NCBI GenBank assembly: GCA_002633005.1
Contig: NMRA01000486.1
Location: forward strand, 24,842 to 88,841
DNA from: Phoronis australis
Taxonomy: Eukaryota; Animalia; Phoronida
Reading direction: 5' to 3'
Length of the DNA: 64,000 bases
This document shows, one piece after another, positions 49,342 to 61,500 of the stretch. The position numbers were made by a program, and so were the translations under genes. A model generated the notes under the pieces. The model saw nothing but the letters and a program-made list of their open reading frames with translations. It did not search any database and was not told where the DNA came from. Numbering within the stretch: position 1 is the stretch's first letter; each line of letters begins with the position of its first letter.

Positions 49342-52300
49342 CAGGCTTTCAAGCATTGGCCTGTTCCTACTTTTTTCTGAAATTCCTAATATTTCTTAAT
49401 ATTTCGTACTTTTTTTCTCATTGCTCTGAAACTCCGTCTAAGTTATGTTTTTGAAGAAGTGAGTAGTCATTTTAGGTTATTAGGTACAGCACATCTAGGA
49501 CTTCCTCCAGCACAATCGATGCTTACCTAAAGACTGTAATTGGAGAGCCAGCAGGACTTCACACTTATGAGTGTGAAAGGTTTGAGTTCATTATTCTATT
49601 ATATCACCTACCATTGAAGGAAAGGGGTGTCTTTAAGTTCCACAATCCTGGGGTTTGGTCCATGGGTGATCCAAAAGAGGACCCAAAAACCCATTTAATT
49701 AAGATTTTCAGTGCAACATCTGTTTCTAGTTTATTTCATTCAAATCAGCCCTCAAATTAAAATGATGCAACATGAGACATGAAGTACCTGTAGTTCTTAA
49801 GATGCCTACTAATGAACAACCAGTTAACAATTTATTTCAAATTTTAAGTGCAACAAAATTCTTTTTCCAAAAGATAGTTTAGTAACTCTGGACACCATAT
49901 CCACAACTTAAGGCGTTAGAAGATAAGATAGGGGTATTTGGACCCTAAGGGATAACAAGACCCCCAAAAATGAACTCGTATAAAAGAGGAAATACTGCAA
50001 TTTTTTATTTGTGGTATTGATAAAACATTATTTGAAATGAACAAAAATACAAGTTAAGACACAACAATTCCTGGTGTTATTAATTAAGACACTTATTAAT
50101 TAATGGCCAACAAACGATTTATTTAAAGATGTATTTGCATGCTCCGATCTATGCTAATGTATAACAGGACCTAAATAACAATGCTATTTGAACGACATCT
50201 ACGCTAAATAAAGTGCAAGTTTTATTCATTGACAACTTGTAAATGTGAAAACGACCTCTGCACTAATGATGTACCTTGGGGGCTCATATAGCACGCATCA
50301 TGCAGCGTTATTCCCTAGCACTACGTCATGATACTTACTGGACACGGTTGAGTGGATCATTTTTGACACAGAACTCATTCTCAAATGCATGTGGCAATTG
50401 TCAAGGTACTTCATATTCACATCGTCGCTGTTGTGTTTCTAACTAATTTGACTAAGTAATCACAGAGATAAGAAGTTTGGGTGCAAGTTCCTCGTCAAAC
50501 TTTTAAGTGCAACAAAAATTCTTTTCCCAAAAGATAATTTAGCAACCTTGGACACCATAACCACAACTTAAGACGCAATTTTCGTGGCGTTTGTAAATAA
50601 GACGGGGGTGTTTGGACCCCGAAGGACAATAAGACGCTATTGTAGGAGAGGAACTGATTATAGACGGATCTGAACAGAAAAGAGACTCTAGCTTCAAGAA
50701 ACAACTCTAGAGGGAGCCGTTGAAATGAGAGCTTAACCCGCCTTTCTCACTAAGCATTGGTCAAGCAACTTCCACTTATAGATAGAATTGAAGTGTATTT
50801 GGCGGTGATGGGAGAGTTCACTCAGTATTTCGTTGAAGATGGAGAAGTATGCACAGTAGTTCTATCCCGAAGCTGTAATCAGTCGGAAGCCAAGACCAGT
50901 GTAATCATTCATATCATTGAGGCGGACATGTCCACACCTGGGGACATCATCATAAGAGTTTCTGACAACGACATTCTAGTGTTGCTCCTACCGTCCTGCG
51001 CCTTGTCTATTGAGTTACATCCATGGTGTGGATGGAGGTTGGGACTAGAGGACAAGGCGATCTGCTTTATTTAAACCTAATTAAGTTTGCTATGTGTGCT
51101 GTACTCCTAGGTCTACACGTGTTCACTGGATGTGACTGTACCCGTGCATTTGTAAGGAAAGGAAATTAATCATTGATTCGCAATATCCCAACAGAAGAAG
51201 TCATCAAAATCTTGCAGGACTCGACAAGCACCAGTTCAATGTGGTCGTCAAAAGCTACAAACGAAAGTCAACTCTAAGCACCCATTTGAGAAGCTTAAAA
51301 GTATCGAGGGCAACAGTATTGCACCGTGTGAAGCTGAACTAGTACTTTACATGGATATAAGTGCATTTACTGATAGACTAGGGGGCAGCGCTCATCTCCA
51401 AATCTTGGACAAAACACGCATCATTTGGTTCCGTGGAGAACAGATCCTCGTCTGCGCTCATTCCAGAGGTTCAAGTTGAAACAAAGCCAGATGGCAATGA
51501 TGGCGATCCTGAGAAAGATGATGGTATGGACAGTGATGAAGACAAAGATCATGATCCTCTAACAAGAGAAATGGAATCATCTGATGAAGAGAGTGACGAT
51601 GATCATGACTTAGATGTTTGCTGTCAAGTTACAGCAGAGTGAATAATTATGCCTTTTTGGATTTTGGTTTTATCATGTAAACAATAAACTGTACAATGCA
51701 TCACAATCCCATGTACCGTGTTCGCCGTAATAACCGCCCACTTTCATTTGTTGCCACTAAATGCGCTACAAGGAGTTGAGCTTTAATTTGTAGCCAGCTT
51801 ATTTAGTTACCCCAGGTGTATCTTAACCTAATTTTTGTTTCATTTTTGTTGTATTTTAGAGGAAATTTGTTATATCTTCAGATGTGTTTTTCTTTTATTT
51901 AAAATAATATTTTTTATCCGTAGTAATCAAAATTGTCGTCGTTCCTCTTTTATACAAGTTCATTTTTGGGGTTTAGTTATCCCCGTCTGGTCTGCTAACT
52001 CCAGGAAAAATACAGTGTTATGCTGTGGATGCTACTAAAACTAACTTTCAGAAAAAAATGTTGCACTTAAGTATAAAGAAATAACGTAATTATTAAGTGT
52101 CTTAATAACACAAGAATTTTTCATGTCGTAAGTTGTATTTTTGTATCACTTGAAATAATTTTTATTCATAGTAATAATTAAAAATTTTGTATTTCCTCTC
52201 TTATTAGGTCATTTTTGAGGGTCTATCCTTTGGGGTCTAACCCCCCTGTCTTATCTACAAAAAACGGGAAATGGCATCTTAAGTTTTGGATATGGTGTCT

Positions 52301-52830
52301 AGGGTTACTAATCTATCTTTTGGAAAATTTTTTTGATGCACTTCAAAGTTTAAATAAATCGATAATTGGTCGTTATGATTAGTAGGTGTTTTAGTTAATT
52401 ACCCCCAAGCATTTTCACGTGTTAAGTTGTGCCATTTTAATTTGAGTGTTGATTTGAATGAAAGAAACTTGAAACCGATGTTGCACTCGAAATTTAAATT
52501 AAATGGATTATTGGGTTCTTTTTTGGACCCTCCCCCAGGGACCAAGCCCAGGAGTGTGCAACTTACAGACACCCCTTTTGTTCAATGGTGGGAGACGTAT
52601 AATTAGAATTACATAGTCAAACCTTTTGCACTCAAAAGTATGAATAAAGTCCTGCTGGTTCTCCAGCTAATGGTAAGTACTGCCTGTGACATTGGTTAAC
52701 GTCAGTGGTAAATATCGATGAAAACTACTCCTGAATGCCTGCTCTTGTTCCTACTTTTTTCTACTTTTCACTTCACAAAAATATGTCCTACTTTTTTCCT
52801 ATTTTTTGCCTAAAACTGCTTGAAAGCCTG
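49342..52830. mobile_element. hAT-like MITE (outer) interrupted by an Academ-like element
   Basis: TIR CAGGCTTTCAAGCA / TGCTTGAAAGCCTG; CCTACTTTTTTC subterminal motifs at both ends. Confidence 0.7.
49537..52669 (+). mobile_element. Academ-like DNA transposon relic with long TIRs and an XPG/FEN1-like nuclease remnant
   Basis: Inverted arms of about 550 bp (TAATTGGAGAGCCAGCAGGACT / AGTCCTGCTGGTTCTCCAGCTA). Internal fragments SCNQSEAKTSVIIH, IIRVSDNDILVLLL, LGLHVFTGCDCTRAFVRKG, IAPCEAEL and an acidic tail. Confidence 0.7.
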
Positions 52831-53465
52831 AATATAGCCCAGTCATCAATCCAACACTTGCTAATTCTGAACAGTCTACCTTAAAGAAGACACTAAACCG
52901 CATTCAGTCAAATATGTACGGGTAGTTTTTCCGACCATCCACTGTCCTACAAAATCGTTTCCGTTGCAACTAGCCCTAAGAGCAAAATGTGAAAAAACAA
53001 CTGTGTTTGAAATTATCAGAGTTGTTTGAATGATGCTTGACAAGTAACTTGGCAGTTGTAATCTATGAATGAGCTCAAACACTTCGTGTTGTACCGCGCG
53101 GATGCGCAACAATTTGTTTGTTTTCCCAGGACCCGTTTTGATAATAAGGCTCTATATGGTAACAGTTTCTGGGAAATATGATCAAAAATACATCAAAAGG
53201 AATCTGTTGCTGTGTAATATGCTTGTAGAGGACTTCCGCGATGTTGGCATTGTTCTCTGTGACACTGTGCCATCAGTTACTACAACTGCATCTTTCAGAA
53301 CAATCCGTCCTTGTTAACCGTTTCGAATTTTACCTAGTGATGATGGCTACTAGTGTTAATGGCTGCACATGGGAAAGTCCTGCGTGCAATGATCATTAAC
53401 GTCGCTTGGTTCTCCTTTTATATCTCTTTCTCTGCACTGTTGTCTGCTCTACGTTGCCGTCTGCT

Positions 53466-54635
53466 CTATACTACCGTCTGGTCCGTCTTGTTGATTGCTG
53501 TGTAAAGTCCATTGTTATTTCTTGTCTCCCTGCTGGAGTTTGAAACCAGTTTCTTAAGCCAAGTGCTGACAAAGATCTTCTTGAAAGTGTAGCGGAATTT
53601 CCGGCTCATTGAACAGTACATGATAAAGTTAACAGAAGAGTTGATCAATGTGAGAATGTCCATAAGGTCTCCGAGGTGCATGTACGTGCTCTTCAAGAAC
53701 TGATCGTCTGAGCCTCCCAACAAGGCGACGACACCCTGTGGTGCCTCTGTCACCACAAATGATAACACCACGGCAACCAACATGGCCGTTGTCCGGTTGT
53801 GGTCACTTGTACGATCCGATTCCTCGCGCCGTCCTTGGTGAAGCAATCGCCGTCTCTTGGCATTCGCCATGTGCATTGCATAAATAAGTAATCCACTTAA
53901 GACCGATAACAGGATGGAAGAAGCTATTTTTATGACTATTCCATAAAGCCAGAAAATAAGTTGGTATATAATGCCTTCGTCATAGGTGCACATTGGTGCC
54001 TCTTTCATCCAATAAGAATTGTTGTTGTCTGTACGATGATAGGGTTCATAACAAAAATAGACAGGAAACGTGATGAGGACACTGAGAGTGGTGACGAGAA
54101 CGATAGTGAACTTTGCCCTCTCCTGGCTGCACAGTCTGGAGCTGAGCGTGTGGTGGCACACGGCGATATAGCGGAACACGGCTAACGACACAGTTATCCA
54201 ATTGGAAATAGCATGGCTGATAATGAACGAGTTATTGAGAAATAGTACGAACCATACAGCGGCATATGTATGTCCGTACTCCTCGTTAGGCGAAGTAAGT
54301 ATGTTGAGATATATAACGTAAGGTAGATAAAAGAACATAGTGAAGAAGTCGGCCACTGCGAGTGCTGTGAGCAAGTAGTTGGTCGCCGAGCGCATGCTTG
54401 GCTGCATCAGCACTATAATGTTCACGATGTTTGTAAATACTCCAAAGAGGCAGACAACGAGAGCTATATAGCCGTGAATTTCTTCGTAACTCCTGCTGAA
54501 TTCCTCCATACTATTGGTCATGCCTGTAGCTTCTGCTGGTGACCTATTTAGTGCTTCACTGCCATTCAGACATCTGTTGTAAGACATGTTTTCGCTGCCA
54601 TGGCATAAATCTATTACAACCATTGCTGTGGCCAT
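53466..54635 (-). CDS. Class A (rhodopsin-type) neuropeptide GPCR, myosuppressin/myomodulin/DMSR-1-like group, 389 aa, uninterrupted CDS
   Basis: Seven hydrophobic segments. Motifs: YEEIHGYIALVVCLFGVFTNIVNIIVL (TM1), LAVAD (TM2), FRY at the DRY position, RTTAMLVAVV..F..TEAPQG (TM6), LGDLMDILTLINSSVNFIMYCSMSRKFR (TM7/H8). N-terminal N-glycosylation sequons. Acceptor tttttcag| on the minus strand at 54740/54739 upstream of the ATG. Confidence 0.92.
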   Translation of the reverse strand: MATAMVVIDLCHGSENMSYNRCLNGSEALNRSPAEATGMTNSMEEFSRSYEEIHGYIALVVCLFGVFTNIVNIIVLMQPSMRSATNYLLTALAVADFFTMFFYLPYVIYLNILTSPNEEYGHTYAAVWFVLFLNNSFIISHAISNWITVSLAVFRYIAVCHHTLSSRLCSQERAKFTIVLVTTLSVLITFPVYFCYEPYHRTDNNNSYWMKEAPMCTYDEGIIYQLIFWLYGIVIKIASSILLSVLSGLLIYAMHMANAKRRRLLHQGRREESDRTSDHNRTTAMLVAVVLSFVVTEAPQGVVALLGGSDDQFLKSTYMHLGDLMDILTLINSSVNFIMYCSMSRKFRYTFKKIFVSTWLKKLVSNSSRETRNNNGLYTAINKTDQTVV

Positions 54636-55214
54636 TTTGGTTGTCTAAGATTATCTGCCAGTGAGTGTTTATACCACTCTGGTAGTTATCTCCCTTGAGA
54701 CTTTCCTACCTGTCTTTACTAATGTCTTGGAAAGGAAATCTGAAAAATAAAGGACGATTTATAAAATATCTGCGTTGGAACATGGAAGTTTGACCTTTTG
54801 ATCTTAGATTGTCTGGCATATGTCAAATATATTTTGTTTCGAGTTCTGCTCAGTAGAGGTCACCAGTATTGCTTTGTGTGCACTTTTGATGTACCGAGAC
54901 TTCACAGTGTTTTACACAAGAGAATTAACTAACTGGTGTTGTTAGTGTTAATTCAAATACATTTTGAATATCCTTTGCATGACTTACTTAATGAAATCGA
55001 TGGCATGGACAATGAATGGCAATCTTTTCCCACATTTTTTTTTTTTTTACATTCCGGTAATTTGCACCTGAAATCTGCCAACATTGATCGTTCCGTGTCT
55101 GTTGGTAATATTTTGCGAATCTCAGTTATTATTCTGAGGCTATTTGTTTTATCAGAGGTTGTTGATGTGGTCATAACAAAAACAGCAGTGTCTTAGTTGG
55201 GCTGTTACAGGTCA

Positions 55215-55680
55215 TAAACAGTTTTGGGAAGGTGTGAAAAATGTGAACGTGAAGTGCCTTCACATTTACGTCACTGGTAATTTTTTGTTTTCATAAAAAA
55301 GTGTAATTACCTCCCTAGTAACGAAGTGTCTTAACAACCATCTTGGGTGTAACTAGGCATAACATCTCTGATTATAGCGCTACCTGGCTGCGATACAGCG
55401 TCTAGTGTTCTTAAGTGGCATTCAACTGAAAATGTATGCAGTGTGTGACAGTTTGGTAAACAGTTTTGGGAAGGTGTGAAAAATATGAACGTGAATTGCC
55501 TTCACATTTACGTCACTGGTAATTTTTTTGTTTTCATAAAAAAGTATAATTACCTCCCTAGTAATGAAGTGTCTTAACAACCATTTCGGGTGTAACTGAG
55601 GCATAACATCACTGGTTACAGCGCCACCTGACCGCAATACAGTGTCTGGTGTTTTTTAAGCAGCATTCAGTTGAAAATGG
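55215..55680. repeat. Tandem duplication with 242-bp period
   Basis: TAAACAGTTTTGGGAAGGTGTGAAAAAT at 55215 and 55457, with continued similarity. Confidence 0.9.
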
Positions 55681-56670
55681 GTGCTACACTTTTTTACCAC
55701 TGACGGTATTCATTAATTTGATCCATTATGATATATTTGGTGGAATGTGTTACCAACATAACTTAGTGTGCAATGTTTTAGTCATGTCTCCAACTATGTA
55801 AATAACCTTTTGGATTGGCAACCTTCAATAAGATTTCTAGACACTAACAAAGTTAAAGCTGACATCATTAACCAATAACTGAATGGGATAAAAGTAAACA
55901 TAACCCATGGGTTTTTCCAATAACTGAATGGAATAAAAGTAAACATATCCCATGGGGTTTTTGGCGGACATTGCATAACTGCGCTGTAGACTCAGGTGCA
56001 CTGCCACCACTACTGACAGGTGTAATGCATGCTTACTGAGTGTGGAACTTCTTCACCAGTGACACATGACAGTTGTATTTCATGAGGAATCAAATCACAG
56101 GAAGCAAATTTGACTTAATCACTTTGTTTGACATCTGCTAGACATGAAAATGCCTGCATCTAATAAGTTATGTCAATTTTTAATGAGTTTGACCGATATC
56201 CAGTCTGTTGGGGGATAGGCTTGACTTTTCCAAGGAACTACATCTGAATCCCAGACTTACTGGTGGCCCGCATTCAAATCAACGAGCAATACAAAAGAGA
56301 GAATGTGTGACATGACTGCACTGTAATCTCATTAATTTCAGACAAAAAATTTGCCAAAATTACCTTTTTGTGTTTGCTGTGAATGCAGTTGTCTGTACAT
56401 TTTCTCATGATAGTTATGGTACAGGACTTGAACTTGGTAAAATATTAATTTGATGCTCTATATCTTTTATGAAAAATGAAAAAATAACATTTTATTTGTT
56501 CGCCATATTATGTCCTTAATTCATAAGATTTTACTGTAGCCTTTGTTAACATTGGCCTTGACGATTGGAGAAGAGAGATGTCTGATCTCAAACTAAATCT
56601 TCCTGGTTCAGTTTATATTAACTAGCATCCCCTCAATTTCCTAAATTTTTCTTAACACTGGTCTGTGTTA

Positions 56671-56932
56671 TAATAATATATAATAATTGCAGGCGGTCTG
56701 ATACACGTTGTATCTGATACACATTGTATCAGACGTGCGCAGGCCTCGCATGTGGGCCCATTGCACTGATCACCTGGAAATATTTTTATGCTTTATTGAT
56801 ATATGGTTAAAACCGAGCTGAGGTGCTAGAAACCTGGCTCAAGGGTTTAGCAGTGTGACCTGGTGGGACTTGAACCCACGACCTCGAGTAAAGAAAGCGG
56901 GCACTTATCAACCAGGCCACACTGCCTCCTCT
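56671..56932 (-). mobile_element. tRNA-derived SINE, copy 3
   Basis: Reverse complement of copies 1 and 2; 12-bp TSD TGGTCTGTGTTA (56659-56670 and 56933-56944). Confidence 0.85.
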
Positions 56933-59609
56933 TGGTCTGTGTTAACCCCAGCAGGACATTGTCATATTAAGGCTGGAAATACTCACTCTTTACTAGAGGA
57001 GACATGAAATGGTTTGTTTGACTCATGCTCATTTTATATGTATTGTACTTAAGTGCAATGAATAATGAAGGATTTCCATAAGCGAATTGGGTTAAATCCC
57101 ATCAACAGTGACTTCTCAAAAATTTTGTTTTTCGCTTTTCGTAACGCCCTTGATTTCTTGAATTTCTCAATTTAAGTGAGTCATTAACACAGATGCGGAT
57201 TTTGGTGTTTGCAGAAGTGGGCCTGGTTGTGTACACCTGGGTGACAACAATGACACTCAACTCTTCAATGCCACCTTGCCATTGTTGAGCAATGTTATCA
57301 CATTACGCAACAATCACTAAGTTAAACAGCGGATAATTTTTCAATTTTACGCAAGCTGAGTACTGAATTCTTATGAAAATGCTGTCAGTAGACAAGTCTG
57401 GCTGCTGAAGATGAGAAATGAATATTCTCAATGCTCTGAGTCAGGTCAGTATGTAATAAGAACCGATGATGTCATAACCCTTCAGTCATCATGATTGGCT
57501 ATTTTATGGAGGTATTTTCATTGGTAAATATTATTGTTCTTGCTTTGAGAGTGTGGTGGTACACCACGCTCAAATTTTCAACCACGCACACCAGTTTTTT
57601 AGGTACCTTACTGAAGAAAATTCTCCACTGATAAAGATAAAGCAAATTCGTCGCGTTTTGCACACCTCGAATTATGTGGAAAAATAGCACCTTATCCCTG
57701 ACTTATTTCACGCGAGGATATACGATTATGGGTGAAACACATTTATTTCATTTTGTGTGAAATGAGTGGAGAACTGCCGTAATTTTTTATTGATTGAAAT
57801 ATTGGTAGTGACTATATAGTGCCCTTAAGTGGTCTCAACCTGTAAAATGCCGAGGCTCTAGTCTCACATTCTTCAGTCTAGTGTCCACTGCAGTCTGAAC
57901 CTTGCCATTTTTTGTTAAATTATAACTTGGCTTAATTACTCAAAAAATAACCAAAAACATACATGGTTGTATCCTCTTTGGCACAAATGGCTAACTCCGA
58001 GATTGACCATGTCGCCTCATTCTCATCTGCCTGACAAGTAATCCTGTGAGAACACTGGATCTTGTCCGATCAACTGGATTTTATAACGCTGTGTACATTT
58101 TTGACGTGGCATTTAGTGTAGTTTCCTTTATTTTTCTTAAACAGTTGTGAAAACTGTCATTTTCCTACTTATGCTACAAATGGCTTTAAATATTGGATGA
58201 TGTTAGAGTAACATGTTAAGTAAAGGAAACTTGTCATGGCATCCTCATCTGAACATTACTGAAATCAAGGAATTCCCATTTGCTATGTTTAATAACTAAA
58301 CTTTACTGGTAATTTGACTTTTATGTCTTAAAAGTTCACCTTTTAGACAATTGATCATAAACAAATTTCTTTGAAGTGAATATTTATCATTCTTGTGTCA
58401 TTTGCAATTCATGAAATATCTAATCTCTGTAAATATTTTGGTTGGTACTTAAATGATATGCACAAAAATAGCTGGTTCTTGAAATATTTTCAAAGTAATT
58501 ATACCACTGGTGAAGATTGCTTTGTATGACAAAGAGAGAATTACTCTTAAGGCTGACACCTTTCACGCTGATTTGACCCTGATACTGGTATTGTGTCTTG
58601 ATCATCAGCTTAAGCCCTAGGCTAATTGACTGAAAATTTAAAACAGGAACTTTGTTGACTAAAATTGATTTTTTTAAATGTAAAAAACAAACAGAAGTTT
58701 TAAACTCATGACTCGTCAGATATTGAATCCCAATAGAGTGTCTACCTGAAACACAAAACTATTATTTTGCTGTCCCTGGTAGTTGCCCTTTCTGTGAACA
58801 CATTAGTAGCTTTTTACACCTGGACTAAATTAAAGTTGCCCTTCTGAGCCCATAGTCTTACCTGTCTTACTGTTGTTGATGTCCTCGTATCTGCAAGTGA
58901 CAGTTTGACAACACTGAATTATGTTTTACCTGATGTGAATGGAATGGTTTTCAACCTCTGTAGAGAGCAGACCACGTTGGAACCACTAGCTGAGTTTTGC
59001 CTCAACTGAAGAGAGCAGACCGTATGAGCTAAGTAAAAACCACTTGCTGAGTTTTGTCTCTACCGAAGACTAATCCCTGTAAGCCGTGTTGACTGTCTAA
59101 TACCCTGACTGCAACTGCACTATCACCCTATCATAACAAGAGCACTCTGAGTCGTCCTGCTGAGTTGTTCGCTTTTTTATTGATTAAGCTGGACATGGGA
59201 GATCAGCGCGGCGATTGTCGTTTGCTTTGTCAGATGTTATCGCAGGCTTATGGATGTTGCTGCATTCTCTGCACACAGATATGATATCACTCCGCCAAAA
59301 GCCACGTTTTTTTTACATTCGGTCGCTCTACTGTTGTTCACATTTCATTGGATAATAAGTAGAGGCACAAAAAGGGAATTAATATCCTTCAAATGTTAAA
59401 TAACTGAAATGCTGAACAGACAAGGTCGGATCTGTCATGGTTAATATCTTGGTTGTGTCATTTGTTCTGTTAATGTTCATGATACTTTCCCCATGATTTT
59501 TAATTATTTGTTTTGTCAATATGGTACTATGATTTTGACGTAAATAGGAAATTCTGGTCCCTAGTTCTCCATGAGCTCATAAATCTAAACTTGGTTTAAA
59601 CTGCACGCT

Positions 59610-59723
59610 GGATTATAAGGAATGGTGGCTTATAAGGAATGGTGGCTTATAAGGATGGCTTATAAGGAATGGTGGCTTATAAGGAATGGTGGCTTATAAG
59701 GAATGGTGGATTATAAGGAATGG
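59610..59723. repeat. 17-bp minisatellite (TTATAAGGAATGGTGGC)
   Basis: About 7 copies. Confidence 0.9.
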
Positions 59724-60384
59724 ACAAGTTTGTTGATAATTGACATCATATTACTCTGATGCATTGTGTTGCATGTCATATTTTCCTTTGTTGTCATAGA
59801 AACAATTAAGCTGCATGGTTATTTACAGTGGTGAACACGCAGTGAAGGAATAAAAATAGATACAATTGTGCAAGACTGTCGCAATGTCATTTGACTTCTC
59901 ATAAAATGTAGAGCAGAAAAAACATGGCTTAAGATTTATAACTTCTCATTACTCATGTCTATATGTTGGGAACACACTGCTGTATGGGCCAAGCTACACT
60001 TTGTGCCGATCTCAATTTGATATTTTATGGGCAGAATAAAGGTGATATAGCGCCCTGGAAAATGTCTATATTATTTGGCCACCTTTGGATTATCTCACTT
60101 CATAATTTTCTGGTAGGATTCATGTAAAACCTTGAGATTCTATGCTTTATTCACCGTTCCCAAACCACTGCCTGGGACTTATTGTAGGACGTTTATTATT
60201 TTCGTGCAAAAACTTAAAAGTTACATTAAACAATAACGTAATGATATTCAAAGAACTTTAATATGAGTTTTTGAGATCATGAACATTTAAAATATTAAAT
60301 GAAATTAGTTATGTTATCTATACCGTTGTTTTGCTATCAATATACTTTTTAAGTACCAACGTGAAAATCTGCGCATACTTAAAC

Positions 60385-61500
60385 CACAGGCGCTTGGGTT
60401 TATCGCAAATGACGTCACTCATAATATATAAGTAAACATAAAGGTTGGACACTCGAAATCTGTTTGCTCAGAATTTTCTACTCATATGTGCATGGAACTC
60501 CACGAAACTAGCATCGAACAACTCTTAGAATACTTTCTTTCATTCGATCTCTTCAAATTGCCTTCAAGTGGTAATTTGGTGACAAAAATGCCAAAAGAAT
60601 GCCAAAATCACAAATTCGAGGACCTAATTCCGTGATGTCATGGCAGACGGTCTTCGCACATCCGGGTTTTGACAGACGCTCCCGAGCTAAATCCGAAAGT
60701 CTAATTTCGCGCGGCTTTTGCAGTCTATCCATCAACTACTTGATCATGAGAAGCAGAGAGCACTTTATTGCCAAATAAATGTAATTACTCACATATTTGT
60801 GTCAAATATAAATTATCCTGATACTGTATTGATATGCGAAGTTTTTTGTGTACTGTGATTTCTTATGAAGGTTTTACTTTTGGCCATAACCATTGAATTA
60901 ACTCGTCGGCCACGCGCATTGTAATACTTGCACGGACTGCGTTTTCTGGCCGAGTGTGTGTTGTGCTTCAATCAAAAAAGTGCGTGATGTCAAGATGAGA
61001 AACAAGATACGCCAGTTTATGTAATAAAATTCTAAGTTAAGGGCTAAAATGAGCCGTCAGTGGAATAAAGTTACAAATAATCATTAAAATACTAACTTTA
61101 ACATTTTCAATTAGTTGAGTTTTGGATTAGAATTATTGAATTTGAAATATAGGTTGCCTGCTCAAACTCGAAGTTTCACCTACGACAGGCGTACAAGTTG
61201 AAGCACAACTGAAATCCGCCATGTTTACTATTTCAGGTCCTTGAATTCAGAGTTTTGAGATTGTTTTAGAAATTCCATCGCCAATTCACCTCTCACGAAT
61301 ACAGTTAATGGGATCTAGGAAAGATAAGGCTTCGAAGGTTTATGCAACACCAGACTGAGGGAGGTGCACGCAGATTTTATTTGGATTTTGGACGGTTGAA
61401 GTTGGGAGCCTCGGCTTGGCAAAGTTTAAGTGTCCAACCTTTATGTTTTCTTATATATATTATTGAGTGACGTCATTTGCGATAAACCCAAGCGCCTGTG
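60385..61500. mobile_element. Non-autonomous TIR element with 8-bp TSD (P- or hAT-like)
   Basis: TIR of about 70 bp starting CACAGGCGCTTGGGTTTATCGCAAATGACGTCACTCA (first 37 bp perfect); TSD ACTTAAAC at 60377-60384 and 61501-61508. Confidence 0.88.
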
